Below, in pieces: positions 53,729-64,000 of a stretch of DNA of 64,000 nt. The notes beneath the pieces were generated by a model, which was not told where the DNA came from, ran no database searches, and was given only the letters and a program-made list of their open reading frames with translations. The first letter of the stretch is position 1; every line of letters begins with the position of its first letter. A program made the translations under genes and the position numbers. This DNA is from Mantamonas sphyraenae STR306 (Eukaryota > Protista > CRuMs). The stretch lies in NCBI GenBank assembly GCA_026936335.1, contig JAPMXV010000072.1, positions 186,001-250,000 on the forward strand. The letters are read 5' to 3'.

Positions 53729-55111
53729 TCATTCGAGGCGTTGGCGTTTGGAGGAGGAGGAGGAGGAGGAGGAGGAGGAAGGGTCTTTGCGCTTGGGAAG
53801 GGTGAAGGAGGGGATGGGGTAGGCGTTGACGAGTGCGTAGGTAGTGGGGCGGGTGTTGATGTGGGGTGTGATGCGGTCGATGAGGGTGTGGAGGAGGGTG
53901 TGCAGTGTGGCGTCGCTGGGTTGGGGTTTGTCGAGCCAGGCGATCTTGAGGGAGAGGGAGGTGACGCCGCGGGTGAGGGTGGAGCTGATGGCACCAACCA
54001 CCTGCTGGTAGGTGAGCTGTGGCCTGAGGAGGCGGACAAAGAAGGCCAGGTCGACAGGCGGCATGCCAACGTTGCCCAGCGCCAGGATGATGTGTCGCAC
54101 AAGGGACAGCTTGCTGCCGTTGTTGATCAGTTCAAGCAGTGTCTGGTGCTCGTGTGTGTGCTGATGGCGAGGGTGCTTGGCTGCGCGTGCCTTCATGTGT
54201 GCCAGCAGCGTCTGGAACTCCCGCGCCGTGCAGCTGCCTCGCTCGTCGCCGGCTTTGCTCCAGCCACTGCGCACAGACTCGGGATGCCACTTGTCCACCT
54301 CGGTGGTGGTGAGGTGGTGGTCGTAGTCGCATTTGGTCCAGTGTGGATCGCTGTTGTTGCCAGCAGGGCGTCGTGCTTCCTGCAGCCACAGTTGGGTCTG
54401 CTTGTGCTCCTTCCAGGTGGTGGGATGGGCCCTGTCGCCAAGAGTGTCCATTTCTGTCATGAGCAGGTGGAGGAGGGCGTAGTTGGGGTCGCCGTGGTCG
54501 TGTGGCTCCTCCAGCCAGCACACCTTCAACCCAGCCTTTGTCACACCCATGGCCAGACCAGCGTTCTTGATGATGGCAAGGCTGCACGCCTGTTGATCCA
54601 CATCATGGCCGAGAAGGGTGAGGCACATGGCCATGTCGCCTTGGGAGAGGGGAAGGTTGCCCACAGCGAGCAGGATCTGTCGGATCAGCGTGGTCAGGGT
54701 GCCATGGCAGACCACAACCCGCGCCTGCAGCGTCATGAGGTCTGGGATGTTGTCGATGGGATGCTCGTTGGCCAGGGTGTGCATGTGCTTCAGCAGTGCC
54801 GTGTGCTCCTTCTTGTTGCTGTGCATGCGCTCGCTCTTGCGCCAGGACTTCCAGCCACTGCGCACAACGCCGTCTGGCAGTCCATCCCCCGCCGCCATCT
54901 TCTCCTCCTCTGTTGGCTCGGGCAGAGCAAGCTCGGCGATGTCAAGGGCATTGACGGCGTCGACGGTGGTGGGGCGGGTGGTGATGTGGGGTGTGATGCG
55001 GTCGATGAGGGTGTTAAGGAGGGTGTGCAGTGTGGCGTCGCTGGGTTGGGGGTTGTCGAGCCAGGCGATCTTGAGGGAGAGGGAGGGTGCGATTGAACTT
55101 GACAAGTACGT
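53729..55111 (-). CDS. Unknown HTH-like tandem-module protein, copy 1 (partial B module plus one A+B unit; start uncertain)
   Basis: Homologous to 58576-62164 and 62470-64000. Homology begins abruptly at SLSLKIAW; first in-frame ATG at 54898; ends PKRKDP(S)nKRQRLE. Confidence 0.7.
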   Translation of the reverse strand, partial: TYLSSSIAPSLSLKIAWLDNPQPSDATLHTLLNTLIDRITPHITTRPTTVDAVNALDIAELALPEPTEEEKMAAGDGLPDGVVRSGWKSWRKSERMHSNKKEHTALLKHMHTLANEHPIDNIPDLMTLQARVVVCHGTLTTLIRQILLAVGNLPLSQGDMAMCLTLLGHDVDQQACSLAIIKNAGLAMGVTKAGLKVCWLEEPHDHGDPNYALLHLLMTEMDTLGDRAHPTTWKEHKQTQLWLQEARRPAGNNSDPHWTKCDYDHHLTTTEVDKWHPESVRSGWSKAGDERGSCTAREFQTLLAHMKARAAKHPRHQHTHEHQTLLELINNGSKLSLVRHIILALGNVGMPPVDLAFFVRLLRPQLTYQQVVGAISSTLTRGVTSLSLKIAWLDKPQPSDATLHTLLHTLIDRITPHINTRPTTYALVNAYPIPSFTLPKRKDPSSSSSSSSSSKRQRLE

Positions 55112-55152
55112 CTGTCATGGTGTGGAGGGAAGCAGAGAACAAACCATGGTGT

Positions 55153-58051
55153 TCAAGACAACAATTGTGCATTTTCATCCAGCTCTCGCACCTCTGCCTC
55201 CACAAATGGCAAGGCCATGAACCCCTGCATCAGCTCGCCGTAGTACCCACGATGGTTTTTTCCATGCACCACAAACACGTTCTTGTCCGCTGTCCACCAA
55301 CCACCGAGCTTGCCCAGCAGTTGATCCTTCAAGTCACCTGTGGGCGCCTTGACGCTGCTCAACCCAAACACCACATGCACCTTGCCTCCAGGACCAGCCA
55401 GGGGTTGAAACACCTCCTCGATCAGCTTCTCTGTGTCTCCTTTGCCCGATTTCCAGCCAGTGTTCCTCGTGGCAGATGAAGAGTGGTTGGTGCCCATCAC
55501 CTTGTCGTACTCCTCCTTGATCATCCCAAGGTCCACCTTGTCGTTCGCGTGCTCTCCATACTTGCTGAACTTGCACTGAATGCACTCCACCACGACGCCA
55601 TCCTCGGTGGGATGCACTGAAATCACATCCGCGAAGGGTGCCTTCTCTGCGTTGAGAAAGTGGATGCTGTGGTGCAGTCCATCCGTGTCCTGCTCTGCAT
55701 GCTTCTGCACGATGCCAGCCACTTCATCCACATGGGTGGGGAAGCGCTGTTTCAGATCCACCAGCTGTGAGCCAGTCACACGCGTGCTGTACTTGATGTT
55801 GCGAAGTGGAGGACTGCAAATCGCTCCACGATGCCATTGTGAGCCACGCATCGTGCTGTGCGATGGTGGGCACTCCACCAGCGCCTGTGCCCGCAGGCGG
55901 TGGTAGTTCTGTGCGAATTGCTCGTACTTTTCCCAGTGATTCACTGGATCTAGGCGATCCATCCAGCGAAGCAGGATGCTGTCATCACCCATTTCTTCCT
56001 CCAAACGCAGAGGAATGGGCACAACTTGTCCACCATGCACAATCACCAGTCCACAGTCCATGTGCTCCTGCACTGTCGAGTCCCCAATCACATCCGTCAG
56101 CTGCACAGGCTCCTTGAACAGGTTCATGCGGATCAGCTCCTTGGCCACCTCGCCAGGAAACACCTTGGAGTTGATGTGATTCTTCACCCGCTCCAATGTC
56201 GCATTTAGATCCTTGGCGATGAGACCCACCTCCCAGTGCTTCTTGGCGTCGTACTCTTTGGCAATAATCTCCACAGCACGTGGGACACCAAACACACGGC
56301 GCAGGGTGTTGACCAGCACACTGTCATGGCCTTGTTCTTGAGCCTTTTCCAGTGGAATGTTCACAAAGCCAAGCACGGCATGCAGGGATTCAGCCAGACT
56401 GAGTGTGGGCACAGCCAGTGAGTAGGCCCTGTACGTGGATGTGCGCTGCAGTGCACCAAGCAGATACAGGTCTCGAGTGCCAGCCACAGCAACCACAGCT
56501 CGGCACCGGTGTTCTTGGCCATTGTGGGTGCCACGCAGATTGTTTGTGGATGGCATGATGCCAGCAACAGAGCGAATCACCTGCTCCAATGTCTCGCGTT
56601 CGGATGCGTTGTTGTCCACAATCTTTTGCACTTCGTCAAAGCCCACATAGAGAAGGACAGGCCTGCCGTTGTTGTGTTTCTGCGCGTGTTGGATGATCAG
56701 CCTGGCGGCATCCACGGGTTCTGGCAGACTGATCAGTGACCTTTCCAAGGTTTTGACGTGGTCTGGATGCAGCCGCCCATCGTTTCCGTTGTCAACCGCG
56801 TACTGGTGCAACATGCGCACACCAAGGCCTCGGTCACTCCAGGTGCGTTCAATCTCTGGAGAGTTCCTGTTGTTGAGCGTGAGGAGCACGGGGACGACAT
56901 GAAGGTGTGCCAAGTCACGCCTCCTTGCCACGTCCTCCAACGTGTTGACCAGTTCCATGAGCATGCGAGTCTTGCCTGACCCTGGCATGCCTGCTAACGA
57001 GTACAGCCACGTGTCGGCCCGGTTTTGAACCTTGCGGAGAAGCTGAGACTGAACCTCCTGGCTGAAGCTGTCCAGTGCATCCTGCCGATTCTGAAGTGGG
57101 ATCTGCATGGCCAGTTCCGTGGACTCCACGTCTCCCAATGGCGTGTTCTTCTTGCTGAGATCGAAAAAGGGTTCCTTGCCCAACAATTCGGCAAATTGCT
57201 CCACGGACGTCAACTCCACCCGCTCCACTGCGTGTTTGTCAATGCACAGAGTGTCAGCGACGTCATGGACGGCCAATACAAACGCTGGAACCTACCATGA
57301 GGTGAAACAAGTGCAGCGGCCTCCCACAAGCCTGTGGGGAGTGGGGCAGGTGTCAGCAAAATGGCGCGGCGCGAAGAATTGTGGGTGTCAGGAACTCACG
57401 CTCATGGTGCGCCTGGGCCTTGTGCTGTTCCGTTCTCGCGTCATCCACCCGACGTTGGTACACCGCAACAGCATCCTCATCCCCCTTTCTCTTTGCATCT
57501 AGCAGCAACGCCTCTGCGTTTGCGGCTTCCGCCTTTGCCACTTCCGCCTCTGCCTTTGCCACTTCCACCTCTGCCTTTGCCACTTCCTTCTCTACCTTTG
57601 CCACTTCCTTCTCCTTCTCATCCACAAGACTCTGCAAGGCCTCCTTCTCTCCTTGTGCGCTCAGTCGCAGCTGTTGGCGAGCTTGGCCAAGTTCTGCGGA
57701 CAACGACTCTACACGGTCGCGCAACCTCTCCAGGCGCTCCTCACGCTTGTTCAGCTTGCTTCTGGCCTCCAAAAACAACTGCTCAGCACTGATGGTGACG
57801 GTGGACATGCTGCAGCGCTGCACGACAGCGGCTGTGCCGTTGAGCCATGGTGATGATGAGGACGACGTGTTCCTGCCCTGCCACGACCGGGTCGCATGCA
57901 AACTGGCACCCATAACCACGTCGTGTCGAGGACGCATCGTGCTATGATGAGCAGTGACGTGCCCCAGCGTGGTTCGCACTCGTGGAGTGCCTGTGCGAAG
58001 GGTTCGGCACAGCAAGGAGCCTCCTCGATTGGACACCCTGCGTGCGAACAT
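55153..58051 (-). CDS. Crinkler-like P-loop NTPase plus PD-(D/E)xK nuclease with coiled coil and mitochondrial-type leader; exons 58051-57400, 57331-57296, 57227-55153
   Basis: Walker A GMPGSGKT; Walker B LYVGFDEVQ; FGVPRAVE; nuclease NAEKAPFADV..ECIQCK. Two 68-nt introns, each with a GCTGAC branch, join three exons in frame. Confidence 0.75.
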
Positions 58052-58575
58052 TTGGCTTGGATGGGGCAGCATGCTTCGCCCATCCACATAATTCAACCGT
58101 GCGTGACGTGTGGGAGACCATGGGTTCTGCGTAATGCATTGCTTGTCCCATGCACCAGGGACGACTTTCTGTGCGCCCTGTGGCACAACAAGGCACACAG
58201 TCCAGAATGGGGGCATTCGTCAGGTGATGAGCGTGATAGGGACGTCAGCGTGTCTTTTGCAAGGTGCCAGTGCATGGTCAAATGCGTCGGATGGCCAGGA
58301 CGAGGACGAGGAGTGCAGGATGGACACACACACCAACAACAACGTTGCGACGGTGATGAGCAACAGCGCAAACAACACCAACACCAGCAGCACCACCAAC
58401 TTGACGGCGATGTCGATGCTGAGCAGGGGACAATCCAAGATGAACACCTCAGTGTCTGTGGGGTCGGCAAAAGGGCTTCGGAGCGGCGGAGCGAGGCCCT
58501 GTGCCAAGAAGGGGAACGGAATGTGATGTGTGAAGGGCAGCAAATGATGGAGTGGACCGGAAGGAAGAAGGGGGT

Positions 58576-61500
58576 TCATTCGAGGCGCTGGCGTTTGGAG
58601 GAGGAGGAGGAGGAGGAGGAGGAAGAGGAGGAGGAAGAGGAAGGGTCTTTGCGCTTGGGAAGGGTGAAGGCGGGGATGGGGCAGGCGTTGACGAGTGCGG
58701 TGGTGGTGGGGCGGGTGGTGATGTGGGGTGTGATGCGGTCGATGAGGGTGTGGAGGAGAGTGTGCAGTGTGGCGTCGCTGGGTTGTGGGTTATCGAGCCA
58801 GGCGATCTTGAGGGAGAGGGAGGTAACACCGCGGGTTAGAGAGTGACTGATGGCAGTGGAGGCATCGTTGTAGTTGAGGTGTGGTCTGAGGAGGCGGACA
58901 AAGAAGGCCAGGTCGACAGGCGGCACGCCAACGTTGCCCAGCGCCAGGATGATGTGTCGCACCAGGGACATCAGGCTGCCGTTGTTGATCAACTCACGCA
59001 GTGCCTGGTGCTCGTGTGCGTACTGATGGCGAGGGTGCTGGGCTGCGCGTGCCTTCATGTGTGCCAGCAGCGTTTGGAACTCCCGCGACGTGCTGCTGCC
59101 ACGCTCGTCGCTGTTGGCTCTGCTCCAGCCACTGCGCACAGACTCAGGGTGCCACTTCTCGCCACCAGCGGTGTTAAGGTGGAGGTCGTAGTCGCATTGT
59201 GTCCAGTGTGGGTCGCCGTCGTTGGCAGCAGGGCGTTGTGCTCCCTGCAGCCACAGCTGGGTCTGCTTGTGCTCCTTCCAGGTGCTGGGATGGGGCCTGT
59301 CGCCGAGTGTGTCCATTTCTGTCATGAGGAGGTGGAGGAGGGCGTAGTTGGGGTCGCCGTGGTCGTGTGGCTCCTCCAGCCAGCACACCTTCAACCCAGC
59401 CTTTGTCACACCCATGGCCAGACCAGCGTGGTCAATGGCAAGGGTGCACGTGCGTTGATCCATTTCACGGCCGAGAAGGGTGAGGCAGAAGGTCATGTCT
59501 CCCTGGGAGAGGGGAATGTTGCCGAGTGCAAGCTGAATCTGTCGGACCAGCGTCAGCAGGGTGCCATGGCAGACCACAACACGCGCCTGCAGGGTCACGA
59601 GGTCGGGGATGTCGTCGATGGGATGCTGTTTGACCAGAGTGTGAATGTGGTTCAGCAGTGCCGTGTACTCCTTCTTGTTGCTGTGCATGCGCTCGCTCTT
59701 GCGCCAGCGAGTCCAGCCACTGCGCACAACGCCATCTGGCAGTCCATCCTCAGCGGCCATATTCTCCTCCTCTGTGGGCTCGGGCAGAACAAGCTCGGGG
59801 ATGTCGAGGTTGCTGACGGCGTCGATGGTAGTGGGACGGGTGGTGATGTGGGCTGTGATCCGGTCGATGAGGGTGTGGAGGAGGGTGTGCAGTGTGGCGT
59901 CGCTGGGTTTGGGTTTGTCGATCCAGGCGATCTTGAGGGAGAGGGAGGTGACGCCGCGGTTGAGGGTGAAGCTGATGGCACTTTGCACCTGCTGGTAGGT
60001 GAGGCGTGGTCTGAGGAGGCGGACAAAGAAGGCCAGGTCGACAGGCGGAAGGCCAACGTTGCCCAGCGCCAGGATGATGTGTCGCAGAAGGGACAGCTGG
60101 CTACCGGTGTTGATCAACTCACGCAGTGCCTGGTGCTCGTGTGTGTGCTGGTGGCGAGAGTGCTTGGCTGCGCGTGCCTTCATGTGTGCCAGCAGCGTCT
60201 GGAACTCCCGCGCCGTGCAGCTGCCACGCTCGTCGCTGGGATTTCCCTTGTTCCAGCCACTGCGAATAGACACAGGATGCCACTTGTCCACCTTGGTGGT
60301 GGTGAGGTGGTGGTCGTAGTCGCATTGTGTCCAATGTGGGTCGCTGTCGTTGTCAGCAGGGCGTCGTGCTTCCTGCAGCAATAGCTGGGTCTGCTCGTGT
60401 TCCTTCCAGCTGGTGGGATAGGGCCTGTTGCCGAGAGTGTCCATCTCTGTCATGAGCAGGTGGAGGAGGGCGTAGTTGGTGTCGCCGTAGTCGTGTGGCT
60501 CCTCCAGCCAGCACACCTTCAACCCATCTTTTGTCACACCCATGGCCAGACCAGCGTTCTTGATGGCAGTTCTGCACGCCTGTTGATCCACATCACGGCC
60601 GAGAAGGGTGAGAAACAAGGCCATGTCGCCCTGGGAGAGGGGAATATTGCCCAGAGCGAGCAGAATCTGTCGGACAAGCGTCAGCAGGGTGCCATGGCAG
60701 ACCACAACACGCGCCTGCAGGGTCATGATGTCGGGGATGTTGTCGATGGGATGCTGGTTGGCCAGAGTGTGCATGTGGTTCAGCAGTGCCGTGTGCTCCT
60801 TCTTGTTGCTGTGGCTGCGATCACAGTGGTCACCACCAACCGCCCACCCTTTACGCACAACGCCATCTGGCAACTTGTTCTTCTTGTCCTCGCCTGATTT
60901 CTTCCGTGCGCCGGTGTCTCCGTTCTTGGCCCTCCTTGCCAGTGTGCTCGACGTTCCTGTCTCGGTGCCACTGTCAGCCGTGACCCTGCGCCTGCGCTGT
61001 CCGCTGCCTTTCATCTTTTGTGGACCGGTGAGTCGGCTGGTGTGGCACCTGCGTCGTTGTGCGTGGCCTCTACTTGTGCGTCTCAGCTGCCAATCGTCCG
61101 TGTCCTCCTGCTCCATGTCGTCTGCGTCGCCGTCACCGTCGTCTTGCGGCATGTACTCCTCATACATGGCTTCAGCAGTATCTGCAAAGAAGAGTGGGCC
61201 GTGAGTTTCAAACTCGTCGTCCACGTGCTGCTGGGTTGTGTCGTTTGCCTCGCCGTCTTCTTCGTACGCCTCCATCCATGAGCTGGTCATCCACTCTGGG
61301 TTGCTGGTGATTGACCGTGGTTCACGGTGGCCAAAGTTCAGGAACATCAGGTCTTCCACCTCGCCAGTGTCATGTGTGTGTGTGTCCTGGTCTGCGTCTT
61401 CGTCGCTGTCTCCAGTCTGCCGTGTGGCCTGGTGGGAGGAGGACGACGATGTGGTGGTGGATGTGGTCCGTGTGATGCCTACAAAGGCAGGGCTGATGCG

Positions 61501-62164
61501 TTTGGGGACGCGGTTGTGGTTTGTGGTGGGTTGAGCAGGCGGACGGGGCAACGGAGTCTGAGCGAAGTGCACCTGGGCGGTTTGTCGCGGCTGAGGAGGA
61601 GGCGGAGGAGGGTAGGCGTAGTGTGGATGGTGATGGCCGTATGCGGAGTGCTGCTGCGGGTGGGTGTTGACAGGGACCCAGATGATGGGTAGTTGTGGGT
61701 GCTGGTACGGGTTTTGTACGCCTTGGACGGACAGCATGTTCGGAAACGGCTGGGCAGCCATGGGAGGGACCATGTACGCGTAGCTGTGGGGGAGATGGGA
61801 GGTGCAGGGCGGGGTGGGAACGGTGAGCGGAAGGCGGAATGGACGCCGTCAGGGCAGAAGCGGGGAGAAAGGAGGCTGGAACGAGCAGAGAGGGAAAGAG
61901 GAGAAGATTGGCAGACGGGGAAACTGGCAACGGGGAGGGCAGTGACAGGGGAGACGGGATCGGAGTAGAGCGGAGAAGGCAGCGGCGGTGGTGATGGGGA
62001 AGTGGAGATGCAGGACAGGAGTGCAGTGAAGCGACGGAGGCATGGAGGAGGCAAAGAAGTGGGAGGAGCGGGCAGTCAGAAAACGGAGTGGAAGGCAGAA
62101 CGCACGCTGGGTAGGTGTTGGGTGTGTGTTGTTGCTTCGGAGTGCTTGAGTAGTCTTTGTCCAT
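58576..62164 (-). CDS. Unknown HTH-like tandem-module protein, copy 2 (complete: low-complexity N-terminus plus A-B-A-B); intron 61784-62105
   Basis: 59-nt exon 1 (MDKDYS..) with GTGCGT..CTGAC..CACAG splices in frame; internal period 1131 nt (377 aa); bipartite NLS-like C-terminus. Confidence 0.78.
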
Positions 62165-62265
62165 GATGGTAGTGGTGGTACTGGAGTGTATGTGGATTGT
62201 GTTGGACTGGTGGAGGGTGTTCTGGGTGTTGGTGATACTTTGGTTGCAGGCGGATGTGGGCTGCA

Positions 62266-62439
62266 CAGGTGGACGAGGCTAAAGGGACGGCGTTGGTGAT
62301 GAATGGGGAGGAGGGGGAGGCAATATTTGGGTGTGGTGGGATGGAGGAGTATGTGGAGGAGAGAGGATGGGAAGGGTGGGTGACACTGCCGAATGAGGTG
62401 ATGGAGAGGGTGGTTGGGTGGCTGGGGAGGGGAAGGTGA
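62266..62439 (+). pseudogene. Orphan F-box-like tail fragment of an LRR-ANK gene (closest to copy D)
   Basis: QVDEAKGTALVMNGEE..YVEERGWEGWVTLPNEVMERVVGWLGR with no upstream ANK or LRR. Confidence 0.8.
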
Positions 62440-62469
62440 GTGCGAAGGGTGTGGGAATGAAAGGGAGGT

Positions 62470-64000
62470 TCATTCGAGGCGTTGGCGTTTGGAGGAGGAG
62501 GAGGAGGAGGAGGAGGAGGAGGAGGAGGAGGAGGAAGGGTCTTTGCGCTTGGGAAGGGTGAAAGAGGGGATGGGGAAGGTGTTGACGAGTGCAGGGGTGG
62601 TGGGGCGTGTGGTGACGTGGGGTGTGATGCGGTCGATGAGGGTGTGCAGGAGGGTGTACAGCGTGGCGTCGCTGGGTTTGGGTTTGTCGAGCCAGGCGAT
62701 CTTGAGCGAGAGGGAGGTGACGCCGCGGGTGAGGGTGTCGCTGATGGCAGGTTGCAACTGCTTGTAGGTGAGGCGTGGCCTGAGGAGGCGGACAAAGAAG
62801 GCCAAGTCGACAGGCGGCACGCCCACGTTGCCCAGCGCCAGGATGATGTGTCGCACCAGGGACATCTTGCTGCCGTTGTTGATCAGCTCACGCAGTGCAT
62901 GGTGCTCGTGTGCGTGCCGATGGCGAGGGTGCTTGGCTGCGCGTGCCTTCATGTGTGCCAGCAGCGTCTGGAACTCCCGCGCCGTGCAGCTGCCTCGCTC
63001 GTCGTTGGGATTGTGCGTTGCCCAGCCACTGCGCACAGACTCAGGATGCCACTTGTACACCTTGGTGGTGGTGAGGAGGTGGTCGTAGTCGCATTGTGTC
63101 CAGTGTGGGTCGCTGTCGTTGTCAGCAGGGCGTCGTGCTCCCTGCAGCCACAGCTGAGTTTTCTCGTGCTCCTTCCAGGTGGTGGGATGGGTTCTGTTGC
63201 CGAGAGTGTCCATCTCTGTCATGAGGAGGTGGAGGAGGGCGTAGTTGGGGTCGCCGTGGTCGTGTGGCTCCTCCAGCCAGCACACCTTCAACCCAGCCTT
63301 TGTCACACCTACGGCCAGACCAGCGTGGAGGATAGCATGGCTGCACGCATGTTGATCCATCTCAAGGCCAAGAAGGGTGAGGCAGAGGGCCATGTCGCCC
63401 TTTGAGAGGGGAACGTTGCCCAGAGCGAGCTGAATCTGTCGGATCAGCGTGTTCAGGGTGCCATGGCAGACCACAACACGCGCCTGCTGGGTCATGAGGT
63501 CGGGGAGGTTATCGATGGGATGCTCGTTGGCCAGAGTGTGCATGTGGTTGAGCAGTGCCGTGTGCTCCTTCTTGTTGCTGTGGCTGCGCTCGCTCTTGCG
63601 CCACTGCGTCCAGCCACTGCGCACAACGCCATCTGGCAGTCCATCCTCCACGGCCATCCTCTCCTCCTCCGTGGGCTCAGGAAGAACAAGCTCGGGGGTG
63701 TAAAGGGCGTTGACGGCGTCGGTGGTGGTGGGGCGGGTGGTGATGTGGGGTGTGATGCGGTCGATGAGGATGTGAAGGAGGGTGTGCAGTGTGGCGTCGC
63801 TGGGTTGGGGGTTGTCGAGCCAGGCGATCTTGAGGGAAAGGGAGGTGACGCCACGGGAGAGGGTGTTCTTGATGGCATTTTGCACCTGCTCGTAGGTGAG
63901 GCGTGGTCTGAGGAGGCGGACAAAGAAGGCCAGGTCGACAGGCGGCACGCCAACGTTGCCCAGCGCCAGGATGATGTGTCGCACAAGGGACTGCAGGCTG
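62470..64000 (-). CDS. Unknown HTH-like tandem-module protein, copy 3 (runs off the window end)
   Basis: Same modules (..B-A-B) and same C-terminus as copies 1 and 2. Confidence 0.78.
   Translation of the reverse strand, partial: SLQSLVRHIILALGNVGVPPVDLAFFVRLLRPRLTYEQVQNAIKNTLSRGVTSLSLKIAWLDNPQPSDATLHTLLHILIDRITPHITTRPTTTDAVNALYTPELVLPEPTEEERMAVEDGLPDGVVRSGWTQWRKSERSHSNKKEHTALLNHMHTLANEHPIDNLPDLMTQQARVVVCHGTLNTLIRQIQLALGNVPLSKGDMALCLTLLGLEMDQHACSHAILHAGLAVGVTKAGLKVCWLEEPHDHGDPNYALLHLLMTEMDTLGNRTHPTTWKEHEKTQLWLQGARRPADNDSDPHWTQCDYDHLLTTTKVYKWHPESVRSGWATHNPNDERGSCTAREFQTLLAHMKARAAKHPRHRHAHEHHALRELINNGSKMSLVRHIILALGNVGVPPVDLAFFVRLLRPRLTYKQLQPAISDTLTRGVTSLSLKIAWLDKPKPSDATLYTLLHTLIDRITPHVTTRPTTPALVNTFPIPSFTLPKRKDPSSSSSSSSSSSSSSSKRQRLE

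Noticed and set aside
40867-53732. Long antisense ORFs over LRR, TPR, BOP1 and array genes (e.g. 43458-46271, 51777-53732, 58843-60384)
   Set aside because: Shadows of repetitive, GC-rich, skewed coding sequence; translations have no recognisable domains.
58110-58579. Small ORFs on both strands (Asn/Thr-rich on +, hydrophobic on -)
   Set aside because: Low-complexity, no motif or clear splice support; cannot be supported as a gene.
1-64000. tRNA, rRNA, telomeric repeats, transposase or RT
   Set aside because: None recognised by eye; spacers are mostly too short to hold them.

Overview
Very compact eukaryotic (protist-like) genomic DNA; the organism cannot be identified from this window. Genes carry short GT-AG introns (about 60-320 nt, CTGAC-type branch points), most spacers are 3-180 nt, and two gene pairs overlap by ATGA. 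From about 3 to 35 kb the window holds mostly housekeeping genes on nearly strictly alternating strands: DUF1761, GPC1, a UBZ protein, YIPF, kinesin-8, GPKOW, HSCB, a TPT-family transporter, 5-formyl-THF cyclo-ligase, FBH1, TEN1, an ANK protein, TPI, a C39-like peptidase, GCAT, USP10, BOP1, PTH2, DMAP1 and an M20 peptidase. The flanks look like a fast-evolving immunity/effector region. They hold an NLR-like gene with 16 near-identical, reshuffled TPRs, an LRR-multipass receptor, an expanded family of LRR-ANK proteins with a C-terminal F-box-like tail, an ABCA transporter, and a Crinkler-like NTPase-PD-(D/E)xK nuclease with a mitochondrial-type leader. There are also three copies of an unrecognised, probably nuclear protein built from tandem ~190-aa HTH-like modules with hypervariable putative recognition helices. 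That array family, next to the nuclease, is the best candidate for an undescribed system. All calls come from reading motifs by eye; no searches were run. Several single-base frameshifts in conserved genes are probably assembly errors.
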